Assembly: GCA_018396655.1 (NCBI GenBank)
Contig: JAGTQF010000001.1
Location: 1-61,843 of the forward strand
DNA: 61,843 nt
From: Candidatus Bathyarchaeota archaeon
Lineage (GTDB): Archaea > Thermoproteota > Bathyarchaeia > Bathyarchaeales > DTEX01
Direction of reading: 5' to 3'
Positions 47,613-57,571 of this stretch are shown piece after piece (the first letter of the stretch is position 1; the number at the start of each line of letters is the position of its first letter). The notes under the pieces were generated by a model that worked only from the letters and a program-made list of their open reading frames with translations, was not told the DNA's origin and ran no database searches. The translations under genes were made by a program, and so were the position numbers.

Positions 47613-48662
47613 CTACAGATGCTCATAGAACTCTCTCGGTTTTAGTTCTTTGAACTCGTCGGTTTGCTCCACAAGATGCCTTCTTATATCGAGACACAGA
47701 TGGCACTTTGATATGTAACCTTCTTCCCTCTCCCTATAGCCATACTCTTCGGATGCGTATTTAAAGAGTCTTCCTACACCTCCTGGCGATATTAATTTCT
47801 CAATTATTGGGTTTTCCTCTAATTTTATACCGTCCTGGCACATCATCTCCAGGTTTCTTGCATCTCCTAAGGATATGCCGGCGCAATAGCCAGTTATATA
47901 ATTGCAGTAATTATCAATGTGAACGTGCCAATTCCTTGTGAGCTCCTTTAGACATGATTCACTAAAGAATTGTTTAGCCGGATACTTTCTGTAGAGATAG
48001 CCTATTCGATATGGGAGCCTTCCCATGAGAAGCATCGATGGATAACTTAATCCAGCATATAAGCCCATTGGATCTCTCCCACGCATTATGGACAAGTATT
48101 CCTCAAACGATAATGTTCCATTTAAGCCTATCATCTTCAACTGATTATAGAAGAGATCCTGGTATATTAGGGCGTTCTCGCCGAATATGCGCCTACTTAT
48201 CCTAACGGCTCTATCTATGCGCTCAAATGGTATCTGCTCAACAATAAATGGATTGGCGCTGATGAGTATGCCATTTAAGCCAGCTTCCTTCAGCCTATAA
48301 AGATTCTTCTCGGTTATCTCATCATTAGTACACCAGAAGCAGTTTGTCTCAACAAAGAGGGATGGTATTTCGAGTTCATGAGCCAATTTAACTAGTTCTA
48401 GCAGTAGGTCAAAATTTAGGAATGGCTCGCCGCCAGTGAAATGTAAGCCCAGGTTAACTCCCACCCGACTGAAGTCTCTAGGATACTGTCTCCTAAAGAA
48501 TTTAGAGATGCTCTCTAGAATTCTCTCAGCATCCCTCAAGTTTATCCAGTCGCTTCTCCATCTTGGAGAGCATGCATACATGCAGTGTTTACATTCATTC
48601 GTGCACCTATATGTTAGGAGAATTCCGCCTGAAACTGGTTCTGGAATAACTAGCTTAACCAC
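47613..48662 (-). CDS. Radical SAM protein
   Basis: CTNECKHC (CxxxCxxC), FTGGEPF, ETN; C-terminal Cys (C...YC...CHLC) suggest an auxiliary cluster. Confidence 0.9.
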   Translation of the reverse strand: MVKLVIPEPVSGGILLTYRCTNECKHCMYACSPRWRSDWINLRDAERILESISKFFRRQYPRDFSRVGVNLGLHFTGGEPFLNFDLLLELVKLAHELEIPSLFVETNCFWCTNDEITEKNLYRLKEAGLNGILISANPFIVEQIPFERIDRAVRISRRIFGENALIYQDLFYNQLKMIGLNGTLSFEEYLSIMRGRDPMGLYAGLSYPSMLLMGRLPYRIGYLYRKYPAKQFFSESCLKELTRNWHVHIDNYCNYITGYCAGISLGDARNLEMMCQDGIKLEENPIIEKLISPGGVGRLFKYASEEYGYREREEGYISKCHLCLDIRRHLVEQTDEFKELKPREFYEHL

Positions 48663-48798
48663 TCTTTATATCCGACCCTCGCCCTCTCACGAATATATTC
48701 TAGAGTTCCGCAATAATAAACTTAATATTGATAAAACGTTTCGCAACATTTAAATCCCCATCTTCCGTAGAAAGGCTTGTCTACTGAAAAGAGCATTA

Positions 48799-49614
48799 AT
48801 GGCAAGTGGAATTATGTTGAGTTCACATATAAATCAGATCAGCGAGCGCCCTGTAGCGTTAGTGACGGGGTCTACTAGGGGAATAGGTGCTGCAATTGCT
48901 TTAGAGCTTGCACAAAATGGATTTAACTTAGCTATCAATGGTAGGTCACCGGAGGAGCAAGTAATACCACTCATTAACAAAATTCAATCTTTTGGTGTTA
49001 AAGCAATTTATATTAGAGCTGATGTTTCAATCGGGGAAGACCGGAATTTAATATTGAAAGAGCTGAAAGAGAAGTTTGGACGAATAGATATCTTAGTGAA
49101 CAATGCTGGAGTCGCGCCAGAGGTTAGGAGAGACATCCTTGAGGTAACGGAGGAAAGCTTTGATAGAGTTATGGCGATAAATTTGAAGGGACCGTTTTTC
49201 TTAACTCAGTTAATAGCAAAGTGGATGATAGAGCTAAAGAAGGAAAGAGGTGATATCGACCCCATAATCATAAACATATCTTCTATATCATCTTACACAT
49301 CGTCGCCGGAGAGGGCAGAATATTGCATTTCAAAGGCGGGTGTAAGTATGATGACAAAACTTTATGCTCATAGACTTTCTGAGTATGGCATTAGGGTGTA
49401 TGAAATAAGGCCGGGGATAATTCTCACGGACATGACTATGCCTGTCAAGCAGAAATATGATAGGCTTATAGCTGAAGGGCTTACCCCAATTAAACGCTGG
49501 GGAAGACCAGAAGATGTAGCAAAGGCTGTAGTAGCAATTGCTAAGGGCTACTTTCCATTTTCCACGGGAGAGGTTTTTAACGTTGATGGTGGCTTCCATT
49601 TACGGAGGTTATAG
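48799..49614 (+). CDS. Short-chain dehydrogenase/reductase (3-ketoacyl-ACP reductase-like)
   Basis: TGSTRGIG, NNAG, YCISK, PG.I.TDM, DGG. Confidence 0.92.
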   Translation: MASGIMLSSHINQISERPVALVTGSTRGIGAAIALELAQNGFNLAINGRSPEEQVIPLINKIQSFGVKAIYIRADVSIGEDRNLILKELKEKFGRIDILVNNAGVAPEVRRDILEVTEESFDRVMAINLKGPFFLTQLIAKWMIELKKERGDIDPIIINISSISSYTSSPERAEYCISKAGVSMMTKLYAHRLSEYGIRVYEIRPGIILTDMTMPVKQKYDRLIAEGLTPIKRWGRPEDVAKAVVAIAKGYFPFSTGEVFNVDGGFHLRRL

Positions 49615-49620
49615 TCGGTT

Positions 49621-51597
49621 ATGAATGTAGATTTTATTGAAGTTAAAGGCTTCAAGATACCAGTCTACTCCTTTAACACCGTCATTTTAGGGAGCGGAGC
49701 GGCTGGCTTAAATTGCGCTGTTCATCTCTTCATGAATGGGCAAAAGGATATAACGGTAGTTACGGAAAATCTCTATGGAGGGACATCAAGAAATTCCGGG
49801 TCAGATAAGCAAACCTACTATAAGATTTCGCTATGTGGCACAATAAGCGATAGCCCCTATGAAATGGCCCATACGCTCTTTTCAGGCGGGGCAATGCACG
49901 GCGACATAGCTCTAGTAGAAGCAACACTATCAGCCCAAGAGTTCTTTCATCTTGTCCAAATAGGAGTTCCATTCCCCCATGACCGCTATGGCGCATATAT
50001 AGGCTACAAGACAGATCATGATCCAAAAGGGCGCGGCACCTCTGCTGGACCCTATACATCATGGATGATGCATGAGCGTCTTCTTGAGCAGGTTAAATCC
50101 TTGGGGATTGAGATTTTTGATAAGCATGAAGCGATCTCATTATTTAGGCACGGGGATAAAGTTGTGGGTGTTCTCTGCTTAAACAAGGATAAAATCAATG
50201 ATGAGAACTTTGGTATGGTATTGTTTAACTGCACAAATCTTGTTTTCGCAACTGGTGGTCCAGGTGCGCTTTTTAAGTCTTCTGTTTATCCAGAGACGCA
50301 GAGGGGTTGTATTGGGCTTGCGCTTGAAATAGGTGCTAGGGCGAGGAACATGTCTGAATTTCAGTTTGGTCTTGCTTCGGTGAAATTTAGATGGAATGTT
50401 TCAGGAACTTACCAGCAAGTTATTCCAACTTATATATCAACTGACAAGGATGGGGGAGATGAAAGGGAATTTCTTATCGATTTCTTTCCTTCTGTCGGTG
50501 TTCTCGCCACGTGCATATTTTTGAAGGGTTATGAGTGGCCTTTTGATGCAAGAAAAATTGAGAATTATGGCTCATCCCTTATAGACCTTCTAGTTTACAG
50601 GGAAACTGTCAAGCTTGGCAGGAGAGTTTTTCTCGATTTTAGACGGAATATTACGGGATTTAGGTTTGAAGATCTCGGAAAGGTAGCCTATGAGTATCTT
50701 AAAAAGTCGGATGCTCTCTTTGGAACGCCCATTGAGAGGCTTCAGAAAATGAATCCGCAAGCCGTTCAAGTATATGCTGAGCATGGAATAGACCTTACTA
50801 AAGAGCCTCTTGAGATTGCTGTTTGCGCCCAACATTGTAATGGGGGGCTTGCCGTGAATATATGGTGGGAATCCACTAACATAAAACATCTTTTTCCAAT
50901 TGGGGAGGTGAGCGGAACCCATGGTGTTTATAGGCCTGGTGGGGCTGCATTAAATTCAGGTCAGATTGGAGGGTATCGCGCGGCGCAATATATTGCGGCA
51001 AGATATGGAGAAAACCCGCCTCCCATAGACGATTTTCTCAAGATGATTAAACATGACCTTGAGAGAAAAATAGACCTTCTAGCTTATTTCGCCGAGCGCG
51101 TGGAGCCGGGGTCTACGGTGCTCATTAAGGTAAAGAATGAAATTCAGGAGCGTATGACATCCTATGCTGCTCACATTAGAAGCTTGGAAGGTGTAAGAAA
51201 GGCTCTTGATGAAGCTTACATGCTTAAAAAGAGACTGAAAGATTATCTTGTTCCATCCTCCAGAGAGGATTTATTAGAAGTGTTCCGCGTAATGGAGCTA
51301 ACGATAACGCACATAGCCGTTTTAGAGTCTATCCGGGCGTATCTAGAGAGGGGTGGGGGAAGCCGAGGTTCATATATTGTGCTGGATCCAAATGGTGTTC
51401 TGCCATGTGAGAAGCTCGAGGATGAATGGCGCTATAAGCCCTTTGACAATAGTTTAATGGACGAAATCTGTGAGATATGGTTTGATGAAAACATGGAGGT
51501 TCATGTGGAATGGACAAAGGTTCGTCCAATTCCTACCGAGGAGGCTTGGTTTGAGCGGGTATGGCGAGATTTTCGGGAGGGCAGAATAATAGAATAA
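49621..51597 (+). CDS. FAD-binding oxidoreductase, SdhA/NadB flavoprotein-like
   Basis: GSGAAG, ATGG, QH.NGG, GE..GTHG..RPGG.ALN, SRG. Confidence 0.85.
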   Translation: MNVDFIEVKGFKIPVYSFNTVILGSGAAGLNCAVHLFMNGQKDITVVTENLYGGTSRNSGSDKQTYYKISLCGTISDSPYEMAHTLFSGGAMHGDIALVEATLSAQEFFHLVQIGVPFPHDRYGAYIGYKTDHDPKGRGTSAGPYTSWMMHERLLEQVKSLGIEIFDKHEAISLFRHGDKVVGVLCLNKDKINDENFGMVLFNCTNLVFATGGPGALFKSSVYPETQRGCIGLALEIGARARNMSEFQFGLASVKFRWNVSGTYQQVIPTYISTDKDGGDEREFLIDFFPSVGVLATCIFLKGYEWPFDARKIENYGSSLIDLLVYRETVKLGRRVFLDFRRNITGFRFEDLGKVAYEYLKKSDALFGTPIERLQKMNPQAVQVYAEHGIDLTKEPLEIAVCAQHCNGGLAVNIWWESTNIKHLFPIGEVSGTHGVYRPGGAALNSGQIGGYRAAQYIAARYGENPPPIDDFLKMIKHDLERKIDLLAYFAERVEPGSTVLIKVKNEIQERMTSYAAHIRSLEGVRKALDEAYMLKKRLKDYLVPSSREDLLEVFRVMELTITHIAVLESIRAYLERGGGSRGSYIVLDPNGVLPCEKLEDEWRYKPFDNSLMDEICEIWFDENMEVHVEWTKVRPIPTEEAWFERVWRDFREGRIIE

Positions 51598-51669
51598 CAT
51601 CAACTGACAGCTTTATATGTGAGGTTTTGGCCCGAATAGTTTAAATTGCGCGATTTGGCCATGTTTAAT

Positions 51670-51735
51670 TGGGGATGATGTGGGAAGAGCACGGAGCATC
51701 ATCTGGCTGTGACCGGGAGTTACTCCACTGACCCA
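51670..51735 (+). ncRNA. Probable box C/D sRNA (2'-O-methylation guide)
   Basis: GGG-ATGATG(T)-guide-CGGA...CTGTGA-guide-CTGA-CCC, with TTTAAAT about 25 nt upstream; the first guide TGGGAAGAGC is complementary to GCUCUUCCCA. Confidence 0.7.
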
Positions 51736-52677
51736 CTATATAATCATTGAATTTCTGAATTCTGGGGGTAGTTTAAATCTTCTTTTAACATTCTCTATTT
51801 TCTCGCCGAGAACCTCTATATTGCTTAGATTAGCCACCCCCAACCCCCTCCTTTCAGCGAGCTTCAAGTATCTTACTCCTTCTGGGTTTATGCCCATAAT
51901 TGCCGCCGCCACCGTGTCAACCGCAACTATATCTCTTCCAGCAATTATGAGGTTCATTTGCACTGGTGAGCCGTGAACTTCATCCTCCTCCGAGCCCACC
52001 AAACCATCTATAACATTAAGTTTAACTTTATCCTTAAATAGTGAGGTTAGGTCAACTATCTTCTCGTTTATCTGGTCATGCATTATACTCTTAGGCAATA
52101 TTAGGCCCATCAGATTCTTCATTGAGAGTGTGACTAGAGCCATGTGGTGAACCTTCAATTTCGGAACATTTACTATGCATGTGCTCTTAAGCGCTGTTTC
52201 CGCAACACCAACCTCGTGCAGTGCTAAGGCATCTGACACTCTCACTCTAACCAACCTATCATTATTCAGGTTGATGAGCCTAACATTATGTCTTTTAATG
52301 ACATCTCTTATGCCAACCACATCAAAAGCTCTTTCAGTATCTCCGGCTCCACCCTCGCCAACAATTATCTCGTGAACTCCCACTCTCCTTAGAAATTGAA
52401 TTATGCCATCGATTATGCGCGAGTCTGTTGTGACCCCCGTTGATGGATGCTTAGCAACAACATAATTTGGTTTTATAAGAACTTTATCCTTCTGACTGAT
52501 TAACTCTTCAGCCCCAATTAGCTCTAAAGCTCTATTAAGGGCTTCATATGGCTCCTCACCCTTAACTATAGCCACTCTTGCCCTCTTTATTTCTCCTTCC
52601 ACCATAACATCCCACTTAATTAGGCGGGTTAGTTCACTTAGATATTCTTGAGTCTTAAAAAGTTTTCCTCTCAACAA
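51736..52677 (-). CDS. DUF362 iron-sulfur-associated protein (true start probably about 52605)
   Basis: VLIKPN, TTD, N.PKLK.H, TLSMKNLMG, IDG, G.D.VAVD. Confidence 0.88.
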   Translation of the reverse strand: MLRGKLFKTQEYLSELTRLIKWDVMVEGEIKRARVAIVKGEEPYEALNRALELIGAEELISQKDKVLIKPNYVVAKHPSTGVTTDSRIIDGIIQFLRRVGVHEIIVGEGGAGDTERAFDVVGIRDVIKRHNVRLINLNNDRLVRVRVSDALALHEVGVAETALKSTCIVNVPKLKVHHMALVTLSMKNLMGLILPKSIMHDQINEKIVDLTSLFKDKVKLNVIDGLVGSEEDEVHGSPVQMNLIIAGRDIVAVDTVAAAIMGINPEGVRYLKLAERRGLGVANLSNIEVLGEKIENVKRRFKLPPEFRNSMII

Positions 52678-52707
52678 TTTTTCTTTTTAGCGTTGTGAGA
52701 AAATTTT

Positions 52708-53622
52708 TTATTCTATGCAGCTCATTATGCGATTTACTATAATCTCCGGCTTAAAGGGCTCTATATCATCATATTTTTGGCCCGTTCCCAGAAATAATAT
52801 TGGCTTCTTAGTTATGTATGCTATTGATATTGCTGCCCCACCCTTTGCATCAGCATCCATCTTTGTGAGTATCGAGCCACTTATATTGATGTATTTATTG
52901 AATTCTTCAGCCTGCATTACAGCGTCGTTCCCAGCTAATGCATCCCCCACAAATATCGTTAGGTCTGGCTTAACGACGCGAACTATCTTCTCCATCTCTA
53001 CCATAAGATTCTTGTTCGTCTGCATCCTTCCAGCAGTATCGATTAGGACAGCATTTATCCCTCTAGCCCTAGCATATTGAACGGCGTCGTATGCTACCGC
53101 GGCGGCATCAGAGCCATATCTATGCTTTATTATGTGGACTCCAAGCCTTCTTGCGTGCTGCTCGAGCTGCTCTATTGAGCCAGCCCTAAATGTGTCGCTA
53201 CATGCCAAGACAACCGAGTAGCCTTTTTTGAGAAGCAAGCTTGCTATCTTCGCTATAGTTGTTGTTTTTCCAGTCCCATTTATCCCAACAAAAACTATCA
53301 CGCATGGCTCTCTCACGCTCCTCTTCTTTTCAACAACATCAATCAAATCTACTTTATCCGGCGTTTTAAGAACCTCTAGAAGGGTTTTCCGCAAAGCCTC
53401 CAGGATTATTCGGCGCTTATCCTCGAATCTGCCAACCTTAAGCCCCGTTAACCTCTTCTCGATTTCATTGCATATATGGTCTGCGACGATTAGAGCGACA
53501 TCATTCTCTATGAGCGTGAGCTTGAATTCCAAGAGAATATCCCTAATATTTTCAGGCTTAAGCTCCGCTGTTGAAATCTTATTTATTAACCCGCTTAAGG
53601 CTTCACGTAGCTTCTCAAACAT
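52708..53622 (-). CDS. ftsY: SRP receptor FtsY
   Basis: GINGTGKTTT, DTFRAG, DTAGR, TKMDADAKGG, GTGQ.Y. Confidence 0.96.
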   Translation of the reverse strand: MFEKLREALSGLINKISTAELKPENIRDILLEFKLTLIENDVALIVADHICNEIEKRLTGLKVGRFEDKRRIILEALRKTLLEVLKTPDKVDLIDVVEKKRSVREPCVIVFVGINGTGKTTTIAKIASLLLKKGYSVVLACSDTFRAGSIEQLEQHARRLGVHIIKHRYGSDAAAVAYDAVQYARARGINAVLIDTAGRMQTNKNLMVEMEKIVRVVKPDLTIFVGDALAGNDAVMQAEEFNKYINISGSILTKMDADAKGGAAISIAYITKKPILFLGTGQKYDDIEPFKPEIIVNRIMSCIE

Positions 53623-53637
53623 CTCCCCATCTTCTCT

Positions 53638-54081
53638 CTATCTTTGCCTTCTAAGTGAGGCTGTTATCTCCTGGAGTCTAGCCTGGTCCTCCTGTAGTTT
53701 GGCTAGGACCTGGCTTAATTGTTGTTCTAGGGATACCTTTGCCCTATTTAGTTCCGCTATTCTGTTTGCTATATCCTCCTTTGCCTCCTTTATGGTCTTC
53801 TCTATTGCAACCCCAGCTCCTATGCCATAAACAATTCTATCAGTGTCCTCAAGCCTAGCCTTAATGTATGAGCCTCCGCCTATCGGAACAAATATCATAT
53901 CAGAATCCTTCTTCTCTATACCTTCAAGGGACATACTGGCCAAATTGAGTTCTGTTAGGGCTGCATTAACAAAATTTATTCTTGATTGAAGATATTCCGC
54001 TGTGCTTTCAAGTATTCTGAGCTCAACTATGAGTCTCCTAGCCTCCTCCTCAACAGACTCCTCTGGCGCCGACATAAACAT
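53638..54081 (-). CDS. pfdA: Prefoldin alpha subunit
   Basis: Coiled coils flanking VPIGGGSY and GIGAGVAIEK; conserved operon position. Confidence 0.93.
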   Translation of the reverse strand: MFMSAPEESVEEEARRLIVELRILESTAEYLQSRINFVNAALTELNLASMSLEGIEKKDSDMIFVPIGGGSYIKARLEDTDRIVYGIGAGVAIEKTIKEAKEDIANRIAELNRAKVSLEQQLSQVLAKLQEDQARLQEITASLRRQR

Positions 54082-54122
54082 AACACCCTTAGAAGATAAA
54101 TGGCTGCCGTAGCATAAATAGG

Positions 54123-54323
54123 TTAGCGCTCTTCTCCCGACAGCTCCTCAATATTTGTGATTTTTATATGGAAGCGCTTAACCCTATGCTTACTCCCCAA
54201 AATCTTATATATCTCTTCTATGGCGTGCTCTGGCTTTAGAGCCCTAATCTCCTTCTTGAAAGTTGTTTTAAAGTTCGGCTTATTTATCCTCCCAATCACC
54301 CTATAAATCTTGACCTCGCTCAT
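54123..54323 (-). CDS. rpl18a: 50S ribosomal protein L18Ae/LX (eL20)
   Basis: F.KEIRA....A.E..Y..LGSKHRVKR..IKI. Confidence 0.93.
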   Translation of the reverse strand: MSEVKIYRVIGRINKPNFKTTFKKEIRALKPEHAIEEIYKILGSKHRVKRFHIKITNIEELSGEER

Positions 54324-54999
54324 CACCACCAGCCACCTTTAGGGCTTGACTTATTATGAATATTTCGGGGCCAGTTGTAAGTGAACCTGCAACCGCGACG
54401 CGGCTATTTCCTATCAGGCCAGTTCCTATATATGGGATTCCACAGTTAACTGTTCCAACACTAACTGGAGCTTTAAGAATGTCACCTAAAAGCTTTTCTT
54501 CTTCCGGCTTGATTAGTGGGTGGGCTAAAACTCCCTTGTTTGTTGCAACCGCCAGCGAGCCAACGTATGGTAGTCCAGCTATCTCGCCCTGAACGACCTC
54601 CACACCTAAAGTGTCAGCTATAGCCTTTATCTCCTCTCTCTTCAGCCTTGGGTCTGCTACAGCACCTCTATCGTTGGCCAAAACGAGGTTTCCGAAGGCT
54701 GTCTTTTTGCTCCCCTCCATGACCGTTATGTTCACGTCTCCTAGCGCCTTTATGGTCGCTAGCTCCTCATCCCAGACTGAGTGTGGTAGGATTATGCCGT
54801 TGGAATTTGCGCAGATTAGGGAGCCTACCAAAACTGAGCCGCCTATATTCGTCCTGACAATTTTTATTCCAAACCACTTCTCAAGCTTTTTTACTGTTGA
54901 TTCTGGGAGCTGATTTGGCACGATAAGGAATTTTTCAGTTACGCGCATGAAGACACCTATGCTCGCGCTGCCAAAAGTGTCAAGGAGAAACAGCGCCAT
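54301..54999 (-). CDS. eif6: Translation initiation factor aIF6
   Basis: IGVF, GN...AND.GA, VGS..VATNKG, GTVN.G, TTGPE. Confidence 0.95.
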   Translation of the reverse strand: MALFLLDTFGSASIGVFMRVTEKFLIVPNQLPESTVKKLEKWFGIKIVRTNIGGSVLVGSLICANSNGIILPHSVWDEELATIKALGDVNITVMEGSKKTAFGNLVLANDRGAVADPRLKREEIKAIADTLGVEVVQGEIAGLPYVGSLAVATNKGVLAHPLIKPEEEKLLGDILKAPVSVGTVNCGIPYIGTGLIGNSRVAVAGSLTTGPEIFIISQALKVAGGDERGQDL

Positions 55000-55001
55000 A
55001 A

Positions 55002-55334
55002 CTAATCTCCTTCAGCCAAATAGACCGTTACAATTCCATCCTTATCTTTTGCAGCCTTCACCCTAATCTTACGTGGGGGCTTCTCAATCCCCCTGCTCCA
55101 TATCTCCTCATTTACCTCATTCGAGATTACTATGGAGCCCTCATCGGCCTTCATATGCCTCTTAATAAACGCTTTAAGTATGCGGATGGCTCTAGGGGCC
55201 CTCTTCGTCACAGGCATAATCCACGCTCTACTCAATGGAACAGTATATATGCGCTCCTCAACAATCTCCTTTTTGGCCTCAGCTTTTACAGCCTTCTCCT
55301 CCTCACTCTTCGATTTCTCTTTCTCCTCACTCAT
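55002..55334 (-). CDS. rpl31e: 50S ribosomal protein L31e
   Basis: ERIYTVPL, KRAPRAI, VNE.IWSRG...PP.KIRV. Confidence 0.96.
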   Translation of the reverse strand: MSEEKEKSKSEEEKAVKAEAKKEIVEERIYTVPLSRAWIMPVTKRAPRAIRILKAFIKRHMKADEGSIVISNEVNEEIWSRGIEKPPRKIRVKAAKDKDGIVTVYLAEGD

Positions 55335-55363
55335 CGGCTTTCCTCACCATCCTGCTTCCCCTT

Positions 55364-55516
55364 TTAAGCCTTTATCTTTGTCCTCCTCCAATGTCTCTTC
55401 GGTATTCTTGGTATCTTACCTAGGGTTTTCGCTATAACCCATGAGGGTATCGGCCTATTCTCTTTCCCAGCGCTTATCAATCTAAGTTTCTTTGCGAGCG
55501 GCTTATGCCTAGCCAT
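55364..55516 (-). CDS. rpl39e: 50S ribosomal protein L39e (50 aa, missed by the ORF track)
   Basis: [50 protein letters not shown], between PDCD5 and L31e as expected. Confidence 0.93.
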   Translation of the reverse strand: MARHKPLAKKLRLISAGKENRPIPSWVIAKTLGKIPRIPKRHWRRTKIKA

Positions 55517-55520
55517 TCTT

Positions 55521-55865
55521 TCATATCCTCCTTATCTGAATCTCTCTCTTACTAGTTTGCAGTCTCCTTAAAATCTCTTTCAGCTGCTCATCATCTATGG
55601 GTATGCTTATCCTTCCCTGCTGAGCGATTTGGATTAGCTGAATTTCCAGTTGGGATGCAAACTCTGGCTTAACTATCTTTAGGTTTGCGAGCCTCTGCCT
55701 AGCCTCTGGAGTAAGTATCCTCCTTAATATGGCCTGCTTCTGTATCTCAAATCTTTTTTGGGCTTCAGCTGCCTCCTGCTCCTGCAATAGTCTCTGCTGC
55801 AGCTCTGCGAGCTTACGCCTCCTTATTTCCTCAAGCTCCTCCTCGCTCACACCCATCTTGGGCAT
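55521..55865 (-). CDS. PDCD5/TFAR19-family DNA-binding protein
   Basis: [24 protein letters not shown]...VKPE, I.DEQLK.IL. Confidence 0.93.
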   Translation of the reverse strand: MPKMGVSEEELEEIRRRKLAELQQRLLQEQEAAEAQKRFEIQKQAILRRILTPEARQRLANLKIVKPEFASQLEIQLIQIAQQGRISIPIDDEQLKEILRRLQTSKREIQIRRI

Positions 55866-55886
55866 ACCTCCAAATCTTTAGCTGCC

Positions 55887-56342
55887 CTAGTATTTGCTTA
55901 GCGCTGGGTTTATTTTCTCAAGTTCCTCCTTTATATCAGCTGAGAGCGAATCTAATAATCTTCTCCCTTCAGATGTAATTACGCGTCCTTTTCCCTTAAT
56001 AGTCCCTATTAACCCAGCCTTCTCAAGCTGCTGGAGGGCCTTTCTTATTATTGCTCCTCCACCTTTCCTTGTATGCTCGGGCCTTGTTCCTCTATCCTTT
56101 CTCCCACCATATTCTGAGCGTAGGTGCTCGATACCTATAGGACCCTTAATGTAAACTTTCCTTAATAGTGATGCGCATCTAATATACCACCAATCCGGGT
56201 TTTGTGGCGCTCGCTCAGCATGTGCTCCAGTCTTCACGTATGGTGCCCACTCTGGAGGTTTAATGGCGTCAACATTATCCTTTAGATATTTTGCTAGGCG
56301 CTCTATCAGCATTGATGAGGGGACATCATATGGTGTTGGCAA
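55887..56342 (-). CDS. rps19e: 30S ribosomal protein S19e
   Basis: PEWA.YVKTG...ER.P...DWWY.R.AS.LRK, YGG, IIRKALQQLE. Confidence 0.96.
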   Translation of the reverse strand: MPTPYDVPSSMLIERLAKYLKDNVDAIKPPEWAPYVKTGAHAERAPQNPDWWYIRCASLLRKVYIKGPIGIEHLRSEYGGRKDRGTRPEHTRKGGGAIIRKALQQLEKAGLIGTIKGKGRVITSEGRRLLDSLSADIKEELEKINPALSKY

Positions 56343-56679
56343 CGCTATTATTCCCCACTAGACCTGACTATTCTTTCACTATTCTAGAATAAGTGTCTTA
56401 TAAATACTTATTTGCGCCCCACTCTAATTAATGCTTTTGACATCATAAACTCCTTTAGATATTAATATGAAGCAAAATGCTAACTTGAAGGCGATTATAC
56501 AACCATAAATAAAAGTAAGCGCTATTTAGGTCAATGCTGCGGAGGAATAAGCATCCCAGTTACTACCTGGTTTTAGTCGCCTACGAGAATATGTTCAGAA
56601 AGCTGAAATTTCATTTTTCTCTTTCGCCCTTAAAGTGCTTAGATAAGGATTTGGCTTACAGCGCCCCTTAGTTGGCCCA

Positions 56680-56961
56680 TTATGCCCTTCCACGTCTCTC
56701 CCTAGGCTTATACAATGTGAATGTGCGGCCTATTATCTGTATTACCCTCGAACCAGTCTCAGAAGATATTCTCTGAGCAATATCCTCTACGGTCTCACCA
56801 ACAAGGGCTGATTTTAAAACCTTAACCTTAACTGTTCTTCGCGCCTCAAGCTGCTTCAAAATCTCTTTTATCTGCGCCTCCGTTATGCCCTTCTTTCCCA
56901 CACGCACCGTTGGCTCTATTGATGAGACTCTTTTCTTGAGAGCTTGGCGGGCTCGCATCAC
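56680..56961 (-). CDS. YhbY/CRM-domain RNA-binding protein
   Basis: PTVRVGKKGIT, VKVKVLK, IG.T..LY. Confidence 0.9.
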   Translation of the reverse strand: MMRARQALKKRVSSIEPTVRVGKKGITEAQIKEILKQLEARRTVKVKVLKSALVGETVEDIAQRISSETGSRVIQIIGRTFTLYKPRERRGRA

Positions 56962-57276
56962 CTATTTTCTCCTCCTTAATGGTTTCCTCATATGTCCACC
57001 ACAATATAAGCATGTAATGACTATATGTGGTTCTCTTCTTGGTTGTATACGTACGCGGGAGCTAACTCCCGGAAAAATAAACCTTTTGCAGTGCCTACAT
57101 ATAAGCATGCGGTTCTCCCTTGGCATGCGTACCTTAGCCCTCATCCCTATCCTCCGCGCTATCTCAACATACCTCTGTGCTAAATCCGGCCTCTCAGGGA
57201 GCGCCTTAATTGCCAACTCAAATAGCTTCCTTATGCGTTTGAGCGCTATCTCCTTAACTTCGCCTCTTCCAACCAT
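56962..57276 (-). CDS. rnp4: RNase P protein component 4 (Rpp21/Rpr2)
   Basis: IA.KRI..LF, A.RYV..AR.I, CRHC...PG....R, C..CG...R.P. Confidence 0.93.
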   Translation of the reverse strand: MVGRGEVKEIALKRIRKLFELAIKALPERPDLAQRYVEIARRIGMRAKVRMPRENRMLICRHCKRFIFPGVSSRVRIQPRREPHIVITCLYCGGHMRKPLRRRK

Positions 57277-57292
57277 AATTTTAATCCACTTC

Positions 57293-57571
57293 TCACACGG
57301 ATTTTTCCTGAGATTCTAGAAGGCTGTAGATTTCTCTTAGAGACATAAGCCATGATAGATAGGAGTTTATTGATGCCCTCAAAGCCGTGATATCCTTAGA
57401 TTCAAAGAGCATGATTATGCTCCCTCCATCTCTGGAAATTTTAACTCTAGAGCGGTATTTAGATGCGACCTCTGTCTCGGGCTTTATAGATACCCCTATT
57501 ATCTCAGCCTCCCTCTTCGATGGAAATGTGAGGCGTATGACCGCGGAGGCACCCCTAATCATACATCCCAC
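57293..57571 (-). CDS. pcc1: KEOPS complex subunit Pcc1
   Basis: S..PE, RS.V, D..ALRAS.NSYL.W. Confidence 0.88.
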   Translation of the reverse strand: MGCMIRGASAVIRLTFPSKREAEIIGVSIKPETEVASKYRSRVKISRDGGSIIMLFESKDITALRASINSYLSWLMSLREIYSLLESQEKSV

